A stretch of DNA of 11,053 nucleotides from positions 1-11,053 of the forward strand of contig JAZGAD010000049.1 of NCBI GenBank assembly GCA_036444275.1, written 5' to 3'. This DNA comes from Candidatus Hydrothermarchaeales archaeon (GTDB lineage Archaea > Hydrothermarchaeota > Hydrothermarchaeia > Hydrothermarchaeales > JAZGAD01). Below, in pieces: positions 1 to 6,539 of the stretch. Each line of letters starts with the position of its first letter. Positions within the stretch are counted from its first letter, which is position 1. Under the pieces are notes generated by a model. That model did no database searches. It worked only from the letters and a program-made list of their open reading frames with translations, and was not told where the DNA came from. A program made the position numbers and the translations under genes.

Positions 1-292
1 CCAGAGCTTTCCTAAGGATAGCAACACATTCCTCTAGAGTTATCCGGTGTTTGATCCATGCATAGAATATGAGTGCTTCCACGAAGTCAGCCATCTCTCC
101 TTTATCCAGCCTTGAACCAGCTTTATCCCTTAAGCCAGAGAGTAGCAACGCTTGGGATAAGACATGATTAGACGCCTTCCTCCCAACTGGTTTTTTCAGA
201 GCCTGCGATACAGCGATAGAATAAATGAGGTTAGTGAAGCTGTCCCCAATGCTGGAGAGCTCGGACAGCTCACCCTCAAAGTCAAACTCCAT
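1..292 (-). CDS. Archaeal ribonuclease III-like (Mini-III-type) family protein, 3' end truncated by the window edge
   Basis: Not in the ORF track; translated by hand from the ATG at 292: MEFDFEGELSELSSIGDSFTNLIYSIAVSQALKKPVGRKASNHVLSQALLLSGLRDKAGSRLDKGEMADFVEALIFYAWIKHRITLEECVAILRKAL... It has RNase III-like GDS, N..L and ADFVEAL motifs. The ATG directly follows the rpoL stop (TGAATG). Confidence 0.8.
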   Translation of the reverse strand, partial: MEFDFEGELSELSSIGDSFTNLIYSIAVSQALKKPVGRKASNHVLSQALLLSGLRDKAGSRLDKGEMADFVEALIFYAWIKHRITLEECVAILRKAL

Positions 293-775
293 TCAAGTAG
301 CCTTACCCAACTTGATCCCAGAAAAGCTAGCAGCGAGGTCCTTTAGAGTCTTCTTGAGGACATACCGAGGGATGCTCCCCTTCCAGAAATTCATTTTAGA
401 CGCCTTTTGGACAAGGCTCTCTGCAGTTGCCAGTGGTATTCCCGCTTTCTTTGCCAGCTTCTTCGGATCGACTTTTGCCAGTGAATTGGCAGATTTTATC
501 CCGGCCTTTCGCAACTGCTCCTCCCTCTTCGCTGCCACTCCCGGCACTTCTGAGAGGGGCACTATCTTCTGGGCCTTCACCGGCAGTTGAATATTCTTAG
601 TCTTTATTAACATCCTCGGGGAACTCAGTAAGGGATGCGTCACCTTATAAGTAGCGACTAGCACGTCCTCGTTGTCATTGAGGGCCCTACGCAGAGCATT
701 GCAGAAGGCGTGATCTTCACCAACTAACTCAAATTCCAACTCGTTTTTACTCTCCTTAAGCACCTTTAACTCCAT
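293..775 (-). CDS. rpoL: DNA-directed RNA polymerase subunit L (Rpo11) with an inserted helix-hairpin-helix domain
   Basis: Residues 1-60 carry the Rpo11/RPB11 signature (ELEFELVGEDHAFCNALR...ATYKVTHPLLSSPRMLIKT). The C-terminal helix (PRYVLKKTLKDL) resumes at about residue 136. It lies downstream of csl4, with an SD-like GAAGTGA before the ATG. At 160 aa it is much longer than the usual 90-100 aa. Confidence 0.9.
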   Translation of the reverse strand: MELKVLKESKNELEFELVGEDHAFCNALRRALNDNEDVLVATYKVTHPLLSSPRMLIKTKNIQLPVKAQKIVPLSEVPGVAAKREEQLRKAGIKSANSLAKVDPKKLAKKAGIPLATAESLVQKASKMNFWKGSIPRYVLKKTLKDLAASFSGIKLGKAT

Positions 776-798
776 GATATCACTTCACTTACAGTTAG

Positions 799-1368
799 CT
801 ATACTTCCATCTTCCCATAATCTGGGGATAGCTTCCGTTCCTCTATTCTTCCACAGTTCTCACATTTAAGTTTGTCATCCAGCTTAACCACGGGTCTATT
901 ACAGGAGTAGCAGAAGGCTCTCAGCACTCCAAGTTCCTTGCCCATAGTGGCGAGCTGTATAGACACACTTGAGGTATTAACCACTTTGGCAAGAACTACG
1001 TCGCCAGCTCTAATCTCTTTAGAAAGGTCTGATACATAGGAATCACGAACCTGGGATATGTGGATACTCCCAGAGAGAGACCCAGGTAATGCTCTATCAA
1101 TGCCCTTCAGCTTGAGTATATCCACTATGGCAAACTGTTGCTTCACATCCACGATATTGCCTATGACCAAATCTCCATTCTTAATGATCGGTATAGTACT
1201 CGTCTTCGGCGCTACGGAGATCTTCCTCTCTTCGGGGTCTACCACCAGACTCCCCGTGATATTCGCATATATCTTGCCGTCCTCTTCATAGGTTCCATCC
1301 CCAGCGATGAACTCCTCGCTAAAGCCCAACTCCCTCCCAGGAAATACAAATTCTTTACTTTCAACCAT
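799..1368 (-). CDS. csl4: Exosome complex RNA-binding component Csl4
   Basis: N-terminal FVFPGRELGFSEEFIAGDGTYE, an S1 domain (GDLVIGNI...GSIHISQV...GDVVLAKV), LGVLRAFC and a C-terminal Zn ribbon (CYSC...CENC...ERKLS). Start placed at ATG 1368 (MVESKEF) behind GAGGAAGGTG; the ORF track starts it at 1395. Confidence 0.93.
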   Translation of the reverse strand: MVESKEFVFPGRELGFSEEFIAGDGTYEEDGKIYANITGSLVVDPEERKISVAPKTSTIPIIKNGDLVIGNIVDVKQQFAIVDILKLKGIDRALPGSLSGSIHISQVRDSYVSDLSKEIRAGDVVLAKVVNTSSVSIQLATMGKELGVLRAFCYSCNRPVVKLDDKLKCENCGRIEERKLSPDYGKMEV

Positions 1369-1425
1369 AGATAACACCTTCCTCATACCGTGCATGCCAG
1401 CATATCTTTCTTTTTCCTTTGAGTC

Positions 1426-2031
1426 TCATTTCCCCTCGATCCTATAGATATCTACCCATATACGCTTCACCGGCTTCCAGTGGAATTTATAGGAGTGGGG
1501 TAATGAAAACGCCACCCTCATAACATCTGTAACGATTCCTCTCTTCTCTATATAACCCATTATGAATTCCCTCGTCTCAGCCTTGTGCATAGAGTAGACG
1601 ATCCCCCCTAGGTCCAAAGCCTTTTTCAAAAAGACCTTATCAGCCTCCTTCTTATGCACTCCAAAAGGGGGATTTTGAATCACCGTATCACACTCTCCCC
1701 TTATATCTTTTATGTCTGCTTCCACCCATTCAATATCCAGAGAAAATTTAGCAGCATTATTATGGGCTATTGTCAGAGCGTCACTATCTACATCAAAACC
1801 TTTGACTCTGGAAGCACCCATGAGGCAAGCACCTATAGCTAGCCTTCCTGTACCACAGCCCAAATCATAGATGCACTTCCCCTCTATATCACCCTTCAAG
1901 CGAGCCAGCCACAGTAAATCAGCAGCTATATCAGATGGAGTAGAGTACTGCTCTAACATGATCTTCGGATCGCGGTATCCATCACATTTCTCCAGTAGAA
2001 TCTCCAGCTCCTTCTTATCCAACTGTATCAC
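1426..2031 (-). CDS. METTL5-like putative RNA N6-adenine methyltransferase (COG2263 type)
   Basis: LEQYSTP, SAM-binding DLGCGTGRL, catalytic NPPFG, YSMHK and a C-terminal FH motif. Typical neighbour of csl4. GTG start. Confidence 0.9.
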   Translation of the reverse strand: MIQLDKKELEILLEKCDGYRDPKIMLEQYSTPSDIAADLLWLARLKGDIEGKCIYDLGCGTGRLAIGACLMGASRVKGFDVDSDALTIAHNNAAKFSLDIEWVEADIKDIRGECDTVIQNPPFGVHKKEADKVFLKKALDLGGIVYSMHKAETREFIMGYIEKRGIVTDVMRVAFSLPHSYKFHWKPVKRIWVDIYRIEGK

Positions 2032-2116
2032 CCAACCCTTTTCTGCAAGAATGTGTTAATCTCAATAAGAACCATCTACCTCGCCCATAGCTTCACTTTG
2101 GTGCATACCCAAACAG

Positions 2117-2140
2117 TTTAAATCGATATAAATATAAAAA
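2117..2140. promoter_or_regulatory. AT-rich putative divergent TATA region with an imperfect palindrome
   Basis: TTTAAATCGATATAAATATAAAAA lies between the divergent methyltransferase and hisB genes. TATA-like on both strands. 2117-2132 matches its own reverse complement at 14 of 16 positions. Confidence 0.4.
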
Positions 2141-2372
2141 GATGTTATGAAGTGAGGCCCTCCCAGGTGAAGGGTGTTTTTCAGATGGTTCCTGTCGCAC
2201 ATATTGGTGCTATCAAGCGTGCAGGATCGTTCTGCACATCTTTGCAAATTCCAGGACTTTCCAAACCTACGATTCAAGGTTATTCGTATTCATTATTCCA
2301 TAAGTTTAAATGGCATATGTCATCTAAATCTTGAACGTCTGGATATTCGTCAAATTTATGGATGGTAACGCC

Positions 2373-2942
2373 ATGAGGTCTGCTGAGATAAAAAGAAAGA
2401 CAAAGGAGACGGAGATAGCAGTTACCCTAAACATCGATGGAGCAGGAGAATACAACATAAACACTGGAATAGCTTTCTTTGATCACTTGCTCTCTAGTTT
2501 TTCAAAGCACGGTTCCTTCAATTTAAAAATAGATGCTAAGGGGGATAACGAGCATCACCTTGTCGAAGACGTCGCTATTTGCTTAGGTAATGCCTTCAGA
2601 GACGCTTTGGGTGATAAGAGAGGTATCGCCAGGTTTGGGCAGGCGGTAATACCTATGGACGATGTCCTGATGCTTGTTTCCATTGATATCAGTGGGAGGA
2701 ACTACTGTGCACTTGACCTCAAGTTAAGAAGGAAGAAGGTAGAGGACTTTAGTGTTGAGATGATCCCCCACTTTCTAGAGAGTTTTACTTCGGAGTTTAA
2801 GATAAATATGCACGCCAAGCTCCTAGATGGTAGAAACGACCACCATAAGACAGAGGCCTTATTCAAGGCACTTGGTATAGCTCTGAGAGGAGCGTGTAGC
2901 GTGGTGGGGAAAGGCATTCCGAGTACAAAGGGTCAACTCTAG
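2373..2942 (+). CDS. hisB: Imidazoleglycerol-phosphate dehydratase
   Basis: RKTKETEI, TGIAFFDHLL, HHLVEDVAI, PMDD, NDHHKTEALFKA and IPSTKG motifs. The probable start is ATG 2373 (MRSAEIKR), not the TTG at 2331. Confidence 0.96.
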   Translation: MRSAEIKRKTKETEIAVTLNIDGAGEYNINTGIAFFDHLLSSFSKHGSFNLKIDAKGDNEHHLVEDVAICLGNAFRDALGDKRGIARFGQAVIPMDDVLMLVSIDISGRNYCALDLKLRRKKVEDFSVEMIPHFLESFTSEFKINMHAKLLDGRNDHHKTEALFKALGIALRGACSVVGKGIPSTKGQL

Positions 2943-3038
2943 ACACATTTTTGCATCGCTCCGGGACTGATTACTTTTCACGTGCTCTCGGACAAAGCAT
3001 ATAGTGTATAAAAGACTCTTTTGTTTTAGGTGACAAAA

Positions 3039-3281
3039 ATGGAGATAGAATTGCATTGTGTAATGTGCGGCGGAACCTTGACGAGGGAGGAGGGCTCGGC
3101 AATGTGCGTCCTCTGCGGTGCCGAGTATCCCGCTATACTAGTCTCAGAGAGTATTCCTTTTGACGAGGATCTTGCTACTGAGATGAGCATTAGCATGGAT
3201 TGCATCTTACTAAGACCAAAACAAGAGAGGGTTGTGCCCTTCGAGATAGAGAGCCCGCTGGAAGAACTTATTGTTGTTTAA
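3039..3281 (+). CDS. Small zinc-ribbon protein (CxxC-x12-CxxC) with an acidic C-terminus, function unknown
   Basis: MEIELHCVMCGGTLTREEGSAMCVLCGAEYP... It has an SD AGGTGA at 3028-3033 and a TATA-like GTATAAAA at about 3007-3014. Confidence 0.7.
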   Translation: MEIELHCVMCGGTLTREEGSAMCVLCGAEYPAILVSESIPFDEDLATEMSISMDCILLRPKQERVVPFEIESPLEELIVV

Positions 3282-3282
3282 G

Positions 3283-3327
3283 GGGAGCGAAAGCTTTAGT
3301 AACCCTAGGGTTATTCCTTCCGCTCCC
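3283..3327. repeat. Inverted repeat / stem-loop (possible terminator, sRNA or mobile-element end)
   Basis: Outer arms GGGAGCG (3283-3289) and CGCTCCC (3321-3327) enclose a perfect 14-bp palindrome TAACCCTAGGGTTA (3300-3313). A pyrimidine-rich tract follows. Confidence 0.6.
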
Positions 3328-3386
3328 TCTTACCCCCCTTCAACATTGGAAGAAACACTTATCAGCGGTTCTAGCACGAAATTCGA

Positions 3387-3403
3387 AGATTATTTATATT
3401 AAC
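3387..3403 (+). promoter_or_regulatory. Putative BRE/TATA promoter of the radical SAM - TcmP operon
   Basis: AAGATTATTTATATTAA lies about 45-60 nt upstream of the TTG start at 3447. Confidence 0.45.
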
Positions 3404-3446
3404 CCGGAGTAAAATTGTCATAAATTATACTACTGGGGGGAAAAAC

Positions 3447-4394
3447 TTGTCAATCAGATATAAGGAGTACGTCGATTTAAAAGGAGAAAAAAAGAGACTA
3501 ATTGAGAGAGTACAAGACGGCTCGATTATAGTTAGATTTGATAAGACCCCCAATCCTAAACATAAAAATGATGTAGTCTGCCCTCATTTTTTGGAATTGA
3601 AATGGGGCTATGGATGTCCTTATAGTTGCGCATGGTGCTACTTGCAAGGCACCTATAGATGGCCGCAATTCAAAAAACACGGTAGCAATATTGATCCTGT
3701 AATAAAAAACGAAAAGAAAATAGAGAAACATCTTAAAATCATTTCTCAAAATGGGCATAAAGAAATTCTTAACGCTGGTGAGCTCGCTGATTCCCTAATG
3801 CTTAATTGGCTTCCCAGATTCTTACTAAATACACCATTAGGCGGGAATAAAGTTCTCTTCGTATCCAAAAGCGACCATGTTGACTTTCTTGTCGAAAACA
3901 AGGAGCGATTAAAAGAAAAAATCGTAATATCTTTCACACTGAATGCTGTCCCAGTAGCTGATAAGTGGGAAAGAGGTGCTCCTAAAGTATCTAAGCGAAT
4001 AAAAGCCGCAGAACATGTTTCAGAAGCAGGATATACCGTGAGAATTAGGATTGATCCAATGGTTCCGATTCATAAGTGGGAGGACCATTATAAACAATTG
4101 ATTGACGACATTTTTGAAAAATTTACTCCTGAGAGGATTACACTTGGATCACTTAGAGGCCTCCAGTCCACGATAAATCAAGCAAGAGATAAATCATGGG
4201 TCACCTTTATGAAGGAGAAATCGAATTGGGGGAAAAAGATCCCAATTGATACCAGATTGAAGTTATATTCAAAAATTATGAACTATCTTATGTCAAGATA
4301 TAACTATTCACATCTAGCGTTTTGCAAAGAAACAGTAGAAATATGGAATAGACTAGGCCTTGATTATAAAGAAATAAGTTGCAATTGCATTTGA
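3447..4394 (+). CDS. Spore photoproduct lyase (SplB)-like radical SAM protein
   Basis: CxxxCxxC motif GCPYSCAWCYLQ, plus NAGELADS, LFVSKS, ISFTLN, E.GAP....RI.AA....AGY.V...IDP, ITLGSLR and FCKET..IW, the pattern of SPL-family radical SAM proteins. TTG start after a G-run SD. Confidence 0.85.
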   Translation: MSIRYKEYVDLKGEKKRLIERVQDGSIIVRFDKTPNPKHKNDVVCPHFLELKWGYGCPYSCAWCYLQGTYRWPQFKKHGSNIDPVIKNEKKIEKHLKIISQNGHKEILNAGELADSLMLNWLPRFLLNTPLGGNKVLFVSKSDHVDFLVENKERLKEKIVISFTLNAVPVADKWERGAPKVSKRIKAAEHVSEAGYTVRIRIDPMVPIHKWEDHYKQLIDDIFEKFTPERITLGSLRGLQSTINQARDKSWVTFMKEKSNWGKKIPIDTRLKLYSKIMNYLMSRYNYSHLAFCKETVEIWNRLGLDYKEISCNCI

Positions 4395-4416
4395 ATCATC
4401 TTTAGGTGGGAAGGAA

Positions 4417-5382
4417 ATTCCAAGAGGAAAAATAATTAGCAATGAAGAATTCTTTGATAAACGAATTGATTTCTTTTTCGAAAAGGGAAAGGAGTTATTC
4501 AATCGCTGCCCAGGGGTGGTAGATGAATACAACGATCATTCTTTGTTGAAACTGATCGCAATCACCTACTGGATTGGCATATTCTCACCGATTAGTCACA
4601 AGCAATTAAAACAAAAGTATGGTTATGATGTTGTTTACGTTGACACAATGGCGGGGAGTGGAATTACTAAAACTCAACGGGAGGGGGACTATTTATGCGG
4701 GAGTTTCCCAAGCGCCTCTTTGCGAGCAGCGGATTTAGGATGTCCGTTTGATAGATTAATTGGAGTTGAAATCAAATCAGAGAAAGCTACTATAGTGAAA
4801 GAGCGTCTCAAATCATTAAACTTTGATAAAGAAGTTAAGATTTTTGATAAGGATATTTTGGAAGTTTCGGGGGATGTAGTTAATTATATCGGAAGTCTGT
4901 CTGTTTCCTATATCGTAATCGATCCCCAAGCGTTCAAGGGGATGACTTGGGCTGCAATCGGCCCCCTCTTGAAGTGTAAGGGTGACGCTATGGTAACGTG
5001 GTTCGAACAGGAAGCTTGGAGGATGAAAGAGGCCGCTTTATCTAATGCAAGATCAGCACAGGGAAATGCAGATAGACTTGATGAATTATTAGGAACCAAT
5101 TGGAGAACAGCAAATAAACCAGAAGATCTTACCCATCTATTCACACAACGGATTCTAAATGAGACTCAAAAAGTAGCTACAGAAAGTATACTCATTGAAG
5201 ATATTTTGGGTAAACATTACAAAATGATATTGTTTGTTGGAAAGTCTAAACGGGCAAAGCATCTAGCAATGGAATGGAAAAAATATATGGATAAATATCT
5301 GGGATCTGATAAAGGTAGAAATATTTCAAGATTACTAGATATTAAAGCAAGAAGACAATCCGACCTTAAGGATTACTTGTAG
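4417..5382 (+). CDS. tcmP: Three-Cys-motif partner protein (TcmP)-like SAM-dependent methyltransferase-fold protein with a C-terminal PIP-box-like motif
   Basis: HSLLKL..I.YW, YVDTMAGSG (motif I), GS, FDRLIGVE, VIDP (motif IV-like), W..I..L, LDELLG..W and HYKMILF. The ORF track starts it at GTG 4516, but the frame is open from 4378 and an SD AGGTG (4404-4408) precedes an in-frame ATT at 4417. The start position is an inference. Confidence 0.75.
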   Translation: MPRGKIISNEEFFDKRIDFFFEKGKELFNRCPGVVDEYNDHSLLKLIAITYWIGIFSPISHKQLKQKYGYDVVYVDTMAGSGITKTQREGDYLCGSFPSASLRAADLGCPFDRLIGVEIKSEKATIVKERLKSLNFDKEVKIFDKDILEVSGDVVNYIGSLSVSYIVIDPQAFKGMTWAAIGPLLKCKGDAMVTWFEQEAWRMKEAALSNARSAQGNADRLDELLGTNWRTANKPEDLTHLFTQRILNETQKVATESILIEDILGKHYKMILFVGKSKRAKHLAMEWKKYMDKYLGSDKGRNISRLLDIKARRQSDLKDYL

Positions 5383-5386
5383 AGGG

Positions 5387-5398
5387 AAAATTTTATAG
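5387..5398 (+). promoter_or_regulatory. Putative BRE/TATA promoter for the cdc6 cluster
   Basis: GAAAATTTTATA lies about 25-30 nt upstream of the cdc6 ATG, followed by an SD-like GGGAG. Confidence 0.5.
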
Positions 5399-5420
5399 GG
5401 ACTTTACTTAAGGGAGAGTC

Positions 5421-6539
5421 ATGGGGCAGAAAATAAGGGATATGCTAATGTATGAGGAGACTCTTTTCAGAGACGAGCGGGCCTTTGATAGAGACTACAT
5501 ACCCAAGGATTTCAACTTTCGAGACACCCAATTGAGAGAGATAGCCCTATGTCTCAAACCAGGGATACGGGGAGAACGTCCCTTAAACGCCAGTATCATA
5601 GGGCCTCCAGCTACCGGGAAGACTACTGCGGTAAAACTGATGTTTGACGAGATCCAGAAGATGACCGATAAGGTAACATGTGTCCATATAAACTGCCAAA
5701 TCCATCCTGCTAAATTCACTATCTTTTCTCATATGCACAAAGCGGTGCTGGGCCATACACCTCCTGAAACTGGGGTCCCATTTACTAAAGTTTATGAGAG
5801 CATTTTCAAGAAGCTCGCGAGGGATGGGAAGAGCTTGGTCGTAGCCCTCGATGACTTGAATTACCTATTCTATGAGAACAAGGCCAATGAGATAATCTAC
5901 GATATACTCAGAGCCCATGAAGTCTTTCCCGGAGCTAGAACAGCGGTATTCGGAGTCCTGTCTGATGTGAGCTTCGATTATAAACTAGAAGCCAAGGTAT
6001 CCTCTATCTTCAAGCCTAGAGAGATATTTTTCCAGCCGTACACCCCGAAAGAGATAATTGACATTCTGAGGGATAGGTCCAAGTTGGGGTTCTTCCCTGG
6101 TGTGATCTCAGATAAAGTTTTGGAAGCGGTGGCAGACTACGCATTTGAACACGCGGATCTACGTGTAGGCATAGAAGTTCTAAGGATCAGCGCTCTAATT
6201 GCCGAATCTGATGCGTCGAGGACAATCAAAATTAGACACATGGAGAAGGCATACAGCAAGTCTAAGTCCCGGAATTTGAAGTCCCTACTCTCTTCCCTGA
6301 ACAAGGAGGAAATGGAGCTGGTTAATGCATTGACAAAAGGAGAGACGAACTCTGGCGAGTTATACGGGCTTCTAAAGGAGAAGATGTCGAGCTATTCTAG
6401 ATTTTATAGAGCCCTGGATAAATTGGAATCTATGAAACTAATAGATACTACGCCCTTGAAGAAGGGGAGGCGAGGTAGGAGTAGGCGGATCGCCCTGCGC
6501 TACACCGAAAAAGAGGTCTCGAAGGCACTGGCGACATGA
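5421..6539 (+). CDS. cdc6: ORC1-type DNA replication initiator protein Cdc6/Orc1
   Basis: DYIP....RD.Q, Walker A GPPATGKTT, VHINC, Walker B VVALDDLNYL, F.PYT..EI.DIL..R, sensor-2-like DLRVGI and a C-terminal winged helix with the GRRGRSR wing. Confidence 0.95.
   Translation: MGQKIRDMLMYEETLFRDERAFDRDYIPKDFNFRDTQLREIALCLKPGIRGERPLNASIIGPPATGKTTAVKLMFDEIQKMTDKVTCVHINCQIHPAKFTIFSHMHKAVLGHTPPETGVPFTKVYESIFKKLARDGKSLVVALDDLNYLFYENKANEIIYDILRAHEVFPGARTAVFGVLSDVSFDYKLEAKVSSIFKPREIFFQPYTPKEIIDILRDRSKLGFFPGVISDKVLEAVADYAFEHADLRVGIEVLRISALIAESDASRTIKIRHMEKAYSKSKSRNLKSLLSSLNKEEMELVNALTKGETNSGELYGLLKEKMSSYSRFYRALDKLESMKLIDTTPLKKGRRGRSRRIALRYTEKEVSKALAT

Noticed and set aside
1475-1500. ORB-like sequence TTCCAGTGGAATTTATAGGAGTGGGG resembling an archaeal origin recognition box
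   Set aside because: Single copy, inside the methyltransferase CDS where it encodes the PHSYKFHWK segment, about 4 kb from cdc6, and with no adjacent AT-rich unwinding element or inverted partner ORB.
2373-2942. hisB outside a his operon
   Set aside because: Scattered his genes are normal in many euryarchaeal genomes.
3283-3327. Archaeal SECIS element (GAA internal loop on the minus-strand hairpin)
   Set aside because: The GAA is not followed by the typical G-C pairs, the opposing loop is too large, and no nearby minus-strand gene has an in-frame TGA.
5383-5420. Replication origin upstream of cdc6
   Set aside because: The gap is only 38 nt and holds just promoter and SD-like signals. No ORB repeats were seen here or in 3282-3446.
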